NCBI GenBank assembly: GCA_964016885.1
Contig: OZ024741.1
Span: forward strand, 289,726,001 to 289,790,000
Source of the DNA: Eledone cirrhosa
Taxonomy: Eukaryota
Reading direction: 5' to 3'
Length of the DNA: 64,000 bases
Part shown: one piece after another, positions 44,001 through 59,000 of the stretch
How positions within the stretch are numbered: position 1 is the first letter of the stretch
Layout of the letters: the number at the start of each line of letters is the position of its first letter
The notes under the pieces: model-generated
The model's input: the letters and a program-made list of their open reading frames with translations, nothing else
Database searches by the model: none
Told to the model about the DNA's origin: nothing
Made by a program: the position numbers and the translations under genes

Positions 44001-47000
44001 TTATTGTTGTTACTAGTGTTGTTATTGTTGTTACTAGTGTTGTTATTGTTGTTACTTGTGTTGTTATTGTTGTCACTGGTGTTGTTATTGTTGTTACTTG
44101 TGTTGTTATTGTTGTTACTAGTGTTGTTATTGTTGTTACTAGTGTTGTTATTGTTGGTACTAGTGTTGTTATTGTTGTTACTAGTGTTGTTATTGTTGTT
44201 ACTAGTGTTGTTATTGTTGTTACTAGTGTTGTTATTGTTGTCACTAGTGTTGTTATTGTTGTTACTTGTGTTGTTATTGTTGTCACTGGTGTTGTTATTG
44301 TTGTTACTTGTGTTGTTATTGTTGTTACTAGTGTTGTTATTGTTGTTACTAGTGTTGTTATTGTTGTTACTTGTGTTGTTATTGTTGTCACTGGTGTTGT
44401 TATTGTTGTTACTTGTGTTGTTATTGTTGTTACTAGTGTTGTTATTGTTGTTACTAGTGTTGTTATTGTTGGTACTAGTGTTGTTATTGTTGTTACTAGT
44501 GTTGTTATTGTTGTTACTAGTGTTGTTATTGTTGTTACTAGTGTTGTTATTGTTGTTACTAGTGTTGTTATTGTTGTCACTAGTGTTGTTATTGTTGTTA
44601 CTACTGTTGTTATTGTTGTTGCTAGTGTTGTTATTGTTGTTACTAGTGTTGTTATTGTTGTTGTTAGTGTTGTTATTGTTGGTACTAGTGTTGTTATTGT
44701 TGTTACTAGTGTTGTTATTGTTGTTACTAGTGTTGTTATTGTTGTTACTAGTATTGTTATTGTTGTTACTAGTGTTGTTATTGTTGTTACTACTGTTGTT
44801 ATTGTTGTTGCTAGTGTTGTTATTGTCGTTACTAGTGTTGTTATTGTTGTTACTTGTGTTGTTATTGTTGTTACTTGTGTTGTTATTGTGGTTGCTAGTG
44901 TTGTTATTGTTGTTACTTGTGTAGTTATTGTTGTTGCTAGTGTTGTTATTGTTGTTACTAGTGTTGTTATTGTTGTTACTTGTGTTGTTATTGTTGTTGC
45001 TAGTGTTGTTATTGTTGTTACTAGTGTTGTTATTGTTGTTACTTGTGTTGTTATTGTTGTTACTTGTGTTGTTATTGTGGTTGCTAGTGTTGTTATTGTT
45101 GTTACTTGTGTAGTTATTGTTGTTGCTAGTGTTGTTATTGTTGTTGTTAGTGTTGTTATTGTTGGTACTAGTGTTGTTATTGTTGTCACTAGTGTTGTTA
45201 TTGTTGTTGTTAGTGTTGTTATTGTTGGTACTAGTGTTGTTATTGTTGTTACTAGTGTTGTTATTGTTGTTGTTAGTGTTGTTATTGTTGGTACTAGTGT
45301 TGTTATTGTTGTCACTAGTGTTGTTATTGTTGTTGTTAGTGTTGTTATTGTTGTCACTAGTGTTGTTATTGTTGTTACTAGAGTTGTTATTGTTGTTGCT
45401 AGTGTTGTTATTGTTGTTACTAGTGTTGTTATTGTTGTTGTTAGTGTTGTTATTGTTGGTACTAGTGTTGTTATTGTTGTCACTAGTGTTGTTATTGTTG
45501 TTACTAGAGTTGTTATTGTTGTTGATAGTGTTGTTATTGTTGTTACTAGTGTTGTTATTGTTGTTGCTAGTGTTGTTATTGTTGTTGCTAGTGTTGTTAT
45601 TGTTGATAGTATTGTTGTTATTGTTGTTACTTGTGTTGTTATTGTTGTTACTTGTGTTGTTATTGTGGTTGCTAGTGTTGTTATTGTTGTTACTTGTGTA
45701 GTTATTGTTGTTGCTAGTGTTGCTATTGTTGTTACAAGTGTTGTAATTGTTGTTGCTAGTGTTGTTATTGTTGTTACTAGTGTTATTATTGTTGTTGTTA
45801 GTGTTGTTATTGTTGGTACTAGTTTTGTTATTGTTGTTACTAGTGTTGTTATTGTTGTTACTAGTGTTGTTATTGTCGTTACTAGTGTTGTTATTGTTGT
45901 TACTGGTGTTGTTACTGTTGTTGTTAGTGTTGTTATTGTTGTTACTGGTGTTGTTATTCTTGTTATTATTGTTGTTATTGTTGTTACTTGTGTTGTTATT
46001 GTTGTTACTAGTGTTGTTATTGTTGTTGTTAGTGTTGTTATTGTTGTTACTAGTGTTGTTATTGTTGTTACTAGTGTTGTTATTGTTGTTGCTAGTGATG
46101 TTATTGTTGTTACTAGTGTTGTTATTGTTGTTACTAGTGTTGTTATTGTTGTTACTAGTGTTGTTATTGTTGTTACTAGTGTTATTATTGTTGTTGCTAG
46201 TGTTGTTATTGTTGTTGCTAGTGTTGTTATTGTTGTTACTAGTGTTGTTATTGTTGTTACTAGTGTTGTTATTGTTGTTGCTAGTGTTGTTATTGTTGTT
46301 GCTATTGTTGTTATTGTTGTTACTAGTGTTGTTATTGTTGTTGCTAGTGTTGTTATTGTTGTTACTAGTGTTGTTATTGTTGTTACTGGTGTTGTTATTG
46401 TTGTTACTAGTGTTGTTATTGTTGTTGCTAGTGTTGTTATTGTTGTTAATGGTGTTGTTATTGTTGTTACTTGTGTTGTTATTGTTGTCACTAGTGTTGT
46501 TATTGTTGTTGCTAGTGTTGTTATTGTTGTTACTAGTGTTGTTATTGTTGTTACTGGTGTTGTTATTGTTGTCACTAGTGTTGTTATTGTTGTTGCTAGT
46601 GTTGTAATTGTTGTGGCTAGTGTTGTTATTGTTGTTGCTAGTGTTGTTATTGTTGTTACTGGTGTTGTTATTGTTGTTACTAGTGTCGTTATTGTTGTTG
46701 TTAGTGTTGTTATTGTTGTTGCTAGTGTTGTTATTGTTGTTAATAGTGTTGTAATTGTTGTTACTGGTGTTGTTATTGTTGTTACTAGTGTTGTTATTGT
46801 TGTCACTAGTGTTGTTATTGTTGTTACTTGTGTTGTTATTGTTGTTACTAGTGTTGTTATTGTTGTTACTTGTGTTGTTATTGTTGTTACTTGTGTTGTT
46901 ATTGTGGTTGCTAGTGTTGTTATTGTTGTCACTAGTGTTGTTATTGTTGTTACTAGTGTTGTTATTGTTGTTACTACTGTTGTTATTGTTGTTGCTAGTG

Positions 47001-50000
47001 TTGTTATTGTTGTTGTTAGTGTTGTTATTGTTGTTGTTAGTGTTGTTATTGTTGTTACTAGTGTTGTTATTGTTGTTACTAGGGTTGTTATTGTTGTTAC
47101 TACTGTTGTTATTGTTGTTGCTAGTGTTGTTATTGTTGTTACTAGTGTTGTTATTGTTGTTGTTAGTGTTGTTATTGTTGTTGTTAGTGTTGTTATTGTT
47201 GTTACTTGTGTAGTTATTGTTGTTGCTAGTGTTGTTATTGTTGTTGTTAGTGTTGTTATTGTTGTCACTAGTGTTGTTATTGTTGTTACTAGTGTTGTTA
47301 TTGTTGTTACTACTGTTGTTATTGTAGTTGCTAGTGTTGTTATTGTTGTTACTAGTGTTGTTATTGTTGTTGTTAGTGTTGTTATTGTTGTTGTTAGTGT
47401 TGTTATTGTTGTTACTAGTGTTGTTATTGTTGTTACTAGGGTTGTTATTGTTGTTACTAGTGTTGTTATTGTAGTTACTAGTGTTGTTATTGCTGTTACT
47501 AGTGTTGTTATTGTTGTTACTAGTGTTGTTATTGTTGTTACTAGTATTGTTATTGTTGTTACTAGTGTTGTTATTGTTGTTACTACTGTTGTTATTGTTG
47601 TTGCTAGTGTTGTTATTGTTGTTACTAGTGTTGTTATTGTTGTTGTTAGTGTTGTTATTGTTGCTACTAGTGTTGTTATTGTTGTTGCTAGTGTTGTTAT
47701 TGTTGTCACTAGTGTTGTTATTGTTGTTACTAGTGTTGTTATTGCTGTTACTAGTGTTGTTATTGTTGTCACTAGTGTTGTTATTGTTGTTACTAGTGTT
47801 GTTATTGTTGTCACTAGTGTTGTTATTGTTGTTACTAGTGTTGTTATTGTTGTTACTAGTGTTATTATTGTTGTTGCTAGTGTTGTTATTGTTGTTACTA
47901 GTGTTGTTATTGTTGTTACTGGTGTTGTTATTGTTGTTACTAGTGTTGTTATTGTTGTTGCTAGTGTTGTTATTGTTGTTAATGGTGTTGTTATTGTTGT
48001 TACTTGTGTTGTTATTGTTGTCACTAGTGTTGTTATTGTTGTTGCTAGTGTTGTTATTGTTGTTACTAGTGTTGTTATTGTTGTTACTGGTGTTGTTATT
48101 GTTGTCACTAGTGTTGTTATTGTTGTTGCTAGTGTTGTAATTGTTGTGGCTAGTGTTGTTATTGTTGTTGCTAGTGTTGTTATTGTTGTTACTGGTGTTG
48201 TTATTGTTGTTACTAGTGTCGTTATTGTTGTTGTTAGTGTTGTTATTGTTGTTGCTAGTGTTGTTATTGTTGTTAATAGTGTTGTTATTGTTGTTACTGG
48301 TGTTGTTATTGTTGTTACTAGTGTTGTTATTGTTGTCACTATTGTTGTTATTGTTGTTGCTAGTGTTGTTATTGTTGTCACTAGTGTTGTTATTGTTGTT
48401 ACTAGTGTTGTTATTGATGTTACTGGTGTTGTTATTGTTGTTACTAGTGTTGTTATTGTTGTCACTAGTGTTGTTATTGTTGTTGTTAGTGTTGTTATTG
48501 TTGTCACTAGTGTTGTTATTGTTGTCACTAGTGTTGTTATTGTTGTTACTAATGTTGTTATTGTTGTTACTAGTGTTGTTGATTGTTGTTGCTAGTGTTG
48601 TTATTGTTGTTGTTAGTGTTGTTATTGTTGTCACTAGTGTTGTTATTGTTGTTACTAGTGTTGTTATTGTTGTTGCTAGTGTTGTTATTGTTGTTGTTAG
48701 TGTTCTTATTGTTGTTGTTAGTGTTGTTAGTGTTGTTACTAGTGTTGTTATTGTTGTTACTAGGGTTGTTATTGTTGTTACTAGTGTTGTTATTGTTGTC
48801 ACTAGTGTTGTTATTGTTGTTGTTAGTGTTGTTATTGTTGTCACTAGTGTTGTTATTGTTGTCACTAGTGTTGTTATTGTTGTTACTAATGTTGTTATTG
48901 TTGTTACTAGTGTTGTTGATTGTTGTTGCTAGTGTTGTTATTGTTGTTGTTAGTGTTGTTATTGTTGTCACTAGTGTTGTTATTGTTGTTACTAGTGTTG
49001 TTATTGTTGTTACTACTGTTGTTATTGTTGTTGCCAGTGTTGTTATCGTTGTTACTAGTGTTGTTATTGTTGTTGTTAGTGTTGTTATTGTTGTTGTTAG
49101 TGTTGTTATTGTTGTTACTAGTGTTGTTATTGTTGTTACTAGGGTTGTTATTGTTGTTACTAGTGTTGTTATTGTAGTTACTAGTGTTGTTATTGCTGTT
49201 ACTAGTGTTGTTATTGTTGTTACTAGTGTTGTTATTGTTGTTACTAGTATTGTTATTGTTGTTACTAGTGTTGTTATTGTTGTCACTAGTGTTGTTATTG
49301 TTGTCACTAGTGTTGTTATTGTTGTTACTAGTGTTGTTATTGTTGTTGCTAGTGTTGTTATTGTTGTCACTAGTGTTGTTATTGTTGTTACTAGTGTTGT
49401 TATTGTTGTTGCTAGTGTTGTTATTGTTGTCACTAGTGTTGTTATTGTTGGTACTAGTGTTGTTATTGTTGTCACTAGTGTTGTTATTGTTGTCACTAGT
49501 GTTGTTATTGTTGTTACTAGTGTTGTTATTGTTGTTACTAGTGTTGTTATTGTTGTTACTAGTATTGTTATTGTTGTTACTAGTGTTGTTATTGTTGTTA
49601 CTACTGTTGTTATTGTTGTCACTAGTGTTGTTATTGTTGTTACTAGTGTTGTTATTGTTGTCACTGGTGTTGTTATTGTTGTTACTAGTGTTGTTATTGT
49701 TGTTGTTAGTGTTGTTATTGTTGTTGCTAGTGTTGTTATTGTTGTTACTAGTGTTGTTATTGTTGTTACTAGTGTTGTTATTGTTGTTACTAGAGTTGTT
49801 ATTGTTGTTGCTAGTGTTGTTATTGTTGTCACTAGTGTTGTTATTGTTGTTACTAGAGTTGTTATTGTTGTTGCTAGTGTTGTTATTGTTGTTACTAGTG
49901 TTGTTATTGTTGTTACTAGTGTTGTTATTGTTGTTGTTAGTGTTGTTATTGTTGTTACTAGTGTTGTTATTGTTGGTACTAGTGTTGTTATTGCTGTTGC

Positions 50001-53000
50001 TATGTTGTTATTGTTGTTGCTAGTGTTGTTATTGTTGATACTAGTGTTGTTATTGTTGTTACTTGTGTTGTTATTGTTGTTGCTAGTGTTGTTATTGTTG
50101 TTACTAGCGTTGTTATTGTTGTTACTTGTGTTGTTATTGTTGTTACTTGTGTTGTTATTGTGGTTGCTAGTGTTGTTATTGTTGTTACTTGTGTAGTTAT
50201 TTTTGTTGCTAGTGTTGTTATTGTTGTTGTTAGTGTTGTTATTGTTGGTACTAGTGTTGTTATTGTTGTCACTAGTGTTGTTATTGTTGTTGTTAGTGTT
50301 GTTATTGTTGGTACTAGTGTTGTTATTGTTGTCACTAGTGTTGTTATTGTTGTTACTAGAGTTGTTATTGTTGTTGCTAGTGTTGTTATTGTTGTTGTTA
50401 GTGTTGTTATTGTTGGTACTTGTGTTGTTATTGTGGTTGCTAGTGTTGTTATTGTTGTTGTTAGTGTTGTTATTGTTGTTACTTGTGTTGTTATTGTGGT
50501 TGCTAGTGTTGTTATTGTTGTTACTTGTGTAGTTATTGTTGTTGCTAGTGTTGTTATTGTTGTTGTTAGTGTTGTTATTGTTGTTACTTGTGTTGTTATT
50601 GTGGTTGCTAGTGTTGTTATTGTTGTTACTTGTGTAGTTATTGTTGTTGCTAGTGTTGCTATTGTTGTTACAAGTGTTGTAATTGTTGTTGCTAGTGTTG
50701 TTATTGTTGTTACTAGTGTTATTATTGTTGTTGTTAGTGTTGTTATTGTTGGTACTAGTTTTGTTATTGTTGTTACTAGTGTTGTTATTGTTGTTGTTAG
50801 TGTTGTTATTGTTGGTACTAGTGTTGTTATTGTTGTTACTAGAGTTGTTATTGTTGTTGCTAGTGTTGTTATTGTTGTTACTAGTGTTGTTATTGTTGTT
50901 ACTTGTGTAGTTATTGTTGTTGCTAGTGTTGCTATTGTTGTTACAAGTGTTGTAATTGTTGTTGCTAGTGTTGTTATTGTTGTTGCTAGTGTTATTATTG
51001 TTGTTGTTAGTGTTGTTATTGTTGGTACTAGTTTTGTTATTGTTGTTACTAGTGTTGTTATTGTTGTTACTAGTGTTGTTATTGTCGTTACTAGTGTTGT
51101 TATTGTTGTTACTGGTGTTGTTACTGTTGTTGTTAGTGTTGTTATTGTTGTTACTGGTGTTGTTATTCTTGTTATTATTGTTGTTATTGTTGTTACTAGT
51201 GTTGTTATTGTTGTTGTTAGTGTTGTTATTGTTGTTACTAGTGTTGTTATTGTTGTTACTAGTGTTGTTATTGTTGTTACTAGTGTTGTTATTGTTGTTA
51301 CAAGTGTTATTATTGTTGTTACTAGTGTTGTTATTGTTGTTGCTAGTGTTGTTATTGTTGTTACTAGTGTTGTTATTGTTGTTACTAGTGTTGTTATTGT
51401 TGTTGCTAGTGTTGTTATTGTTGTCACTAGTGTTGTTATTGTTGTTACTAGTGTTGTTATTGTTGTTACTACTGTTGTTATTGTTGTTGCTAGTGTTGTT
51501 ATTGTTGTTACTAGTGTTGTTATTGTTGTTGTTATTGTTGTTATTGTTGTTGTTAGTGTTGTTATTGTTGTTACTAGTGTTGTTATTGTTGTTACTAGGG
51601 TTGTTATTGTTGTTACTAGTGTTGTTATTGTAGTTACTAGTGTTGTTATTGCTGTTGCTAGTGTTGTTATTGTTGTTACTAGTGTTGTTATTATGGTTAC
51701 TAGTGTTGTTCTTGTTGTCACTAGTGTTGTTATTGTTGTTACTAGTGTTGTTATTGTTGTTACTAGTGTTGTTATTGTTGTTACTAGTGTTGTTATTGTT
51801 GTTACTTGTGTTGTTATTGTTGTCACTGTTGTTGTTATTGTTGTTACTTGTGTTGTTATTGTTGTTACTAGTGTTGTTATTGTTGTTGCTAGTGTTGTTA
51901 TTGTTGTTACTAGTGCTGTTATTGTTGTTGTTAGTGTTGTTATTGTTGGTACTAGTGTTGTTATTGTTGTCACTAGTGTTGTTATTGTTGTTACTAGAGT
52001 TGTTATTGTTGTTGCTAGTGTTGTTATTGTTGTTACTAGTGTTGTTATTGTTGTTGCTAGTGTTGTTATTGTTGTTGCTAGTGTTGTTATTGTTGTTACT
52101 AGTGTTGTTATTGTTGTTGCTAGTGTTGTTATTGTTGTTACTAGTGTTGTTATTGTTGATACTAGTGTAGTTATTGTTGTTACTTGTGTTGTTATTGTTG
52201 TTGCTAGTGTTGTTATTGTTGTTACTAGTGTTGTTATTGTTGTTACTTGTGTTGTTATTGTTGTTACTTGTGTTGTTATTGTTGTTGCTAGTGTTGTTAT
52301 TGTTGTTACTTGTGTAGTTATTGTTGTTGCTAGTGTTGTTATTGTTGTTACAAGTGTTGTTATTGTTGTTGCTAGTGTTGTTATTGTTGTTACTAGTGTT
52401 ATTATTGTTGTTGTTAGTGTTGTTATTGTTGGTACTAGTGTTGTTATTGTTGTTACTAGTGTTGTTATTGTTGTTACTAGTGTTGTTATTGTCGTTACTA
52501 GTGTTGTTATTGTTGTTACTGGTGTTGTTACTGTTGTTGTTAGTGTTGTTATTGTTGTTACTGGTGTTGTTATTGTTGTTACTAGTGTTATTGTTGTTAC
52601 TAGTGTTGTTATTGTTGTTACTAGTGTTGTTATTGTTTTTACTAGTGTTATTATTGTTGTTGCTAGTGTTGTTATTGTTGTTGCTAGTGTTGTTATTGTT
52701 GTTACTAGTGTTGTTATTGTTGTTACTAGTGTTATTATTGTTGTTGCTAGTGTTGTTATTGTTGTTGCTAGTGTTGTTATTGTTGTTACTAGTGATGTTA
52801 TTGTTGTTACTAGTGTTGTTATTGTTGTTGCTAGTGTTGTTATTGTTATTGCTATTGTTGTTATTGTTGTTACTAGTGTTGTTATTGTTGTTGCTAGTGT
52901 TGTTATTGTCGTTACTAGTGTTGTTATTGTTGTTACTGGTGTTGTTATTGTTGTTACTAGTGTTGTTATTGTTGTTGCTAGTGTTGTTATTGGTGTCACT

Positions 53001-56000
53001 ATTGTTGTTATTGTTGTTGCTAGTTTTGTTATTGTTGTTACTAGTGTTGTTATTGTTGTTACTGGTGTTGTTATTGTTGTTACTAGTGTTGTTATTGTTG
53101 TTGTTAGTGTTGTTATTGTTGTTACTTGTGTTGTTATTGTTGTTACTTGTGTTGTTATTGTTGTTACTTGTGTTGTTATTGTTGTTGCTAGTGTTGTTAT
53201 TGTTGTTACTTGTGTTGTTATTGTTGTTACTTGTGTTGTTATTGTTGTTACTTGTGTTGTTATTGTTGTTGCTAGTGTTGTTATTGTTGTTACTTGTGTT
53301 GTTATTGTTGTTACTTGTGTTGTTATTGTTGTTACTAGTGTTGTTATTGTTGTTACTTGTGTTGTTATTGTTGTTACTTGTGTTGTTGTTGTTGTTGCTA
53401 GTGTTGTTATTGTTGTTACTTGTGTAGTTATTGTTGTTGCTAGTGTTGTTATTGTTGTTGCTAGTGTTGTTATTGTTGTTACTAGTGTTGTTATTGTTGT
53501 TGTTAGTGTTGTTATTGTTGGTACTAGTGTTGTTATTGTTGTCACTAGTGTTGTTATTGTTGTTGCTAGTGTTGTTATTGTTGTTGCTAGTGTTGTTATT
53601 GTTGTTATTGTTGTTACTAGTGTTGTTATTGTTGTTGCTAGTGTTGTTATTGTTTTTGCTATTGTTGTTATTGTTGTTACTAGTGTTGTTATTGTTGTTG
53701 CTAGTGTTGTTATTGTTGTTGTTAGTGTTGTTATTGTTGGTACTAGTGTTGTTATTGTTGTTACTAGTGTTGTTATTGTTGTTACTGATGTTGTTATTGT
53801 TGTTACTAGTGTTGTTATTGTTGTTGCTAGTGTTGTTATTGTTGTTGCTAGTGTTGTTATTGTTGTTAATGGTGTTGTTATTGTTGTTACTAGTGTTGTT
53901 ATTGTTGTCACTAGTGTTGTTATTGTTGTTGCTAGTTTTGTTATTGTTGTTACTAGTGTTGTTATTGTTGTTACTGGTGTTGTTATTGTTGTTAATAGTG
54001 TTGTTATTGTTGTTGTTAGTGTTGTTATTGTTGTTACTAGTGTTGTTATTGTTGTTACTAGTGTTGTTATTGTTGTTACTAGTGTTGTTATTGGTGTCAC
54101 TGGTGTTGTTATTGTTGTTACTAGTGTTGTTATTGTGTTTACTAGTGTTGTTATTGTTGTTACTGGTGTTGTTATTGTTGTTACTAGTGTTGTTATTGTT
54201 GTCACTAGTGTTGTTATTGGTGTCACTGGTGTTGTTATTGTTGTTACTACTGTTGTTATTGTGTTTACTAGTGTTGTTATTGTTGTTACTGGTGTTGTTA
54301 TTGTTGTTGCTAGTGTTGTTATTGTTGTTACTTGTGTTGTTATTGTTGTTACTAGTGTTATTATTGTTGTTACTAGTGTAGTTATTGTTGTTGCTAGTGT
54401 TGTTATTGTTGTTACTAGTGTTGTTATTGTTGTTACTGGTGTTGTTATTGTTGTTACTAGTGTTGTTATTGTTGTTACTAGTGTTGTTATTGCTGTTACT
54501 TGTGTTGTTATTGTTTTTACTTGTGTTGTTATTGTTGTTGCTAGTGTTGTTATTGTTGTTACTTGTGTAGTTATTGTTGTTGCTAGTGTTGTTATTGTTG
54601 TTGCTAGTGTTGTTATTGTTGTTACTAGTGTTGTTATTGTTGTTGTTAGTGTTGTTATTGTTGGTACTAGTGTTGTTATTGTTGTCACTAGTGTTGTTAT
54701 TGTTGTTACCAGTGTTGTTACTAGTGTTGTTATTGTTGTTGTTAGTGTTGTTATTGTTGTTACTGGTGTTGTTATTGTTGTTACTAGTGTTGTTATTGTT
54801 GTTACTTGTGTTGTTATTGTTGTTACTAGTGTTGTTATTGTTGTTACTAGTGTTGTTATTGTTGTTGCTAGTGTTGTTATTGTTGTTACTAGTGTTGTTA
54901 TTGTTGTTGCTAGTGTTGTTATTGTTGTTACTTGTGTTGTTATTGTTGTTGCTAGTGTTGTTATTGTTGTTACTTGTGTTGTTATTGTTGTTACTAGTGT
55001 TGTTATTGTTGTTACTAGTGTTGTTATTGTTGTTACTAGTGTTGTTATTGTTGTTACTGGTGTTGTTATTGTTGTTACTAGTGTTGTTATTGTTGGCACT
55101 GGTGTTGTTATTGTTATTGCTAGTGTTGTTATTGTTGTCACTAGTGTTGCTATTGTTGTTACTAGTGTTGTTATTGTTGTTGATAGTGTTGTTATTGTTG
55201 TTGCTAGTGTTGTTATTGTTGTTACTAGTGTTGTTATTCTCGTTACTAGGGTTGTTATTGTTGTTGTTAGTGTTGTTATTGTTGTTACTAGTGTTGTTAT
55301 TGTTGTTGCTAGTGTTGTTATTGTTGTTACTAGTGTTGTTATTCTCGTTACTAGGGTTGTTATTGTTGTTGTTAGTGTTGTTATTGTTGTTACTAGTGTT
55401 GTTATTGTTGTTGCTAGTGTTGTTATTGTTGTTACTAGTGTTGTTATTGTTGTTGCTAGTGTTGTTATTGTTGTTACTAGTGTTGTTATTCTCGTTACTA
55501 GGGTTGTTATTGTTGTTGTTAGTGTTGTTATTGTTGTTACTAGTGTTGTTATTGTTGTTGCTAGTGTTGTTATTGTTGTTACTAGTGTTGTTATTGTTGT
55601 TGCTAGTGTTGTTAATGTTGTTACTAGTGTTGTTATTGTTGTTACTGCTGTTGTTATTGTTGTCACTAGTGTTGTTATTGTTGTTGATAGTGTTGTTATT
55701 GTTGTTGCTAGTGTTGTTATTGTTGTTGCTAGTGTTGTTATTGTTGTTACTGGTGTTGTTATTGTTGTTACTAGTGTTGTTATTGTTGTTGTTAGTGTTG
55801 TTATTGTTGTTGCTAGTGTTGTTATTGTTGTTACTAGTGTTGTTATTGTTGTTACTGGTGTTGTTATTGTTGTTACTAGTGTTGTTATTGTTGTTGTTAG
55901 TCTTGTTATTGTTGTTGCTAGTGTTGTTATTGTTGTCACTAGTGTTGTTATTGTTGTTACTGATGTTGTTATTGTTGTTACTAGTGTTGTTATTGTTGTT

Positions 56001-59000
56001 ACTGGTGTAGTTATTGTTGTTACTAGTGTTGTTATTGTTGTTACTAGTGTTGTTATTGATGTTACAAGTGTTGTTATTGTTGTTGCTAGTGTTGTTATTG
56101 TTGTTACTAGTGTTGTTATTGTTGTTGTTAGTGTTGTTATTGTTGGTACTAGTGTTGTTATTGTTGTCACTAGTGTTGTTATTGTTGTTACTAGTGTTGT
56201 TATTGTTGTTACAAGTGTTGTTATTGTTGTTGTTAGTGTTGTTATTGTTGTTACTAGTGTTGTTATTGTTGGTACTAGTGTTGTTATTGTTGTCACTAGT
56301 GTTGTTATTGTTGGTACTAGTGTTGTTATTGTTGTCACTAGTGTTGTTATTGTTGTTACTGGTGTTGTTATTGTTGTTACTAGTGTTGTTATTGTTGTCA
56401 CTAGTGCTGTTATTGTTGTCACTAGTTTTGTTATTGTTGTTACTAGTGTTGTTATTGTTGTCACTAGTGCTGTTATTGTTGTCACTAGTTTTGTTATTGT
56501 TGTTGCTAGTGTTGTTATTGTTGTTACTAGTGTTGTTATTGTTGTTACTAGTGTTGTTATTGTTGTTGCTAGTGTTGTTATTGTTGTTACTAGTGTTGTT
56601 ATTGTTGTTACTAGTGTTGTTATTGTTGTTGCTAGTGTTGTTATTGTTGTTACTCGTATTTTTATTGTTGTTACTTGTGTTGTTATTGTTGTTACTAGTG
56701 TTATTATTGTTGTTACTAGTGTTGTTATTGTTGTTACTAGTGTTGTTATTGTTGTTGCTAGTGTTGTTATTGTTGTTACTAGTGTTGTTATTGTTGTTAC
56801 TGGTGTTGTTATTGTTGTCACTGGTGTTGTTATTGTTGTTGCTAGTGTTGTTATTGTTGTTACTAGTGTTATTATTGTTGTTGTTAGTGTTGTTATTGTT
56901 GGTACTAATGTTGTTATTGTTGTTACTAGTGTTGTTATTGTTGTTACTAGTGTTGTTATTGTTGTTGCTAGTGTTGTTATTGTTGTTACTGGTGTTGTTA
57001 TTGTTGTTACTAGTGCTGTTATTGTTGTTACTAGTGTTGTTATTGTTGTTACTTGTGTTGTTATTGTTGTTGCTAGTGTTGTTATTGTTGTTACTTGTGT
57101 AGTTATTGTTGTTGCTAGTGTTGTTATTGTTGTTACAAGTGTTGTTATTGTTGTTGCTAGTGTTGTTATTGTTGTTACTGGTGTTGTTATTGTTGTTACT
57201 AGTGTTGTTACTGTTGTTGTTAGTGTTGTTATTGTTGTTACTGGTGTTGTTATTGTTGTTACTAGTGTTATTGTTGTTACTAGTGTTGTTATTGTTGTTA
57301 CTAGTGTTGTTATTGTTTTTACTAGTGTTATTATTGTTGTTGCTAGTGTTGTTATTGTTGTTGCTAGTGTTGTTATTGTTGTTACTAGTGTTGTTATTGT
57401 TGTTACTAGTGTTATTATTGTTGTTGCTAGTGTTGTTATTGTTGTTGCTAGTGTTGTTATTGTTGTTACTAGTGTTGTTATTGTTGTTACTAGTGTTGTT
57501 ATTGTTGTTGCTAGTGTTGTTATTGTTATTGCTATTGTTGTTATTGTTGTTACTAGTGTTGTTATTGTTGTTGCTAGTGTTGTTATTGTCGTTACTAGTG
57601 TTGTTATTGTTGTTACTGGTGTTGTTATTGTTGTTACTAGTGTTGTTATTGTTGTTGCTAGTGTTGTTATTGTTGTTGCTAGTGTTGTTATTGTTGTTAA
57701 TGGTGTTGTTATTGTTGTTACTAGTGTTGTTATTGGTGTCACTATTGTTGTTATTGTTGTTGCTAGTTTTGTTATTGTTGTTACTAGTGTTGTTATTGTT
57801 GTTACTGGTGTTGTTATTGTTGTTACTAGTGTTGTTATTGTTGTTGTTAGTGTTGTTATTGTTGTTGCTAGTGTTGTTATTGTTGTTACTTGTGTTGTTA
57901 TTGTTGTTACTTGTGTTGTTATTGTTGTTACTTGTGTTGTTATTGTTGTTGCTAGTGTTGTTATTGTTGTTACTTGTGTTGTTATTGTTGTTACTTGTGT
58001 TGTTATTGTTGTTACTAGTGTTGTTATTGTTGTTACTTGTGTTGTTATTGTTGTTACTTGTGTTGTTATTGTTGTTGCTAGTGTTGTTATTGTTGTTACT
58101 TGTGTAGTTATTGTTGTTGCTAGTGTTGTTATTGTTGTTGCTAGTGTTGTTATTGTTGTTACTAGTGTTGTTATTGTTGTTGTTAATGTTGTTATTGTTG
58201 GTACTAGTGTTGTTATTGTTGTCACTAGTGTTGTTATTGTTGTTGCTAGTGTTGTTATTGTTGTTGCTAGTGTTGTTATTGTTGTTATTGTTGTTACTAG
58301 TGTTGTTATTGTTGTTGCTAGTGTTGTTATTGTTTTTGCTATTGTTGTTATTGTTGTTACTAGTGTTGTTATTGTTGTTGCTAGTGTTGTTATTGTTGTT
58401 GTTAGTGTTGTTATTGGTGGTACTAGTGTTGTTATTGTTGTTACTAGTGTTGTTATTGTTGTTACTGATGTTGTTATTGTTGTTACTAGTGTTGTTATTG
58501 TTGTTGCTAGTGTTGTTATTGTTGTTGCTAGTGTTGTTATTGTTGTTAATGGTGTTGTTATTGTTGTTACTAGTGTTGTTATTGTTGTCACTAGTGTTGT
58601 TATTGTTGTTGCTAGTTTTGTTATTGTTGCTACTAGTGTTGTTATTGTTGTTACTGGTGTTGTTATTGTTGTTACTAGTGTTGTTATTGTTGTTGTTAGT
58701 GTTGTTATTGTCGTTACTAGTGTTGTTATTGCTGTTACTGGTGTTGTTATTGTTGTTACTAGTGTTGTTATTGTTGTTACTGGTGTTGTTATTGTTGTTA
58801 CTAGTGTTGTTATTGTTGTTACTAGTGTTGTTATTGTTGTTACTAGTGTTGTTATCGTTGTTACTGGTGTTGTTATTGTTGTTACTAGTGTTGTTATTGT
58901 TGTCACTAGTGTTGTTATTGGTGTCACTGGTGTTGTTATTGTTGTTACTAGTGTTGTTATTGTTGTTACTACTGTTGTTATTGTGTTTAATAGTGTTGTT

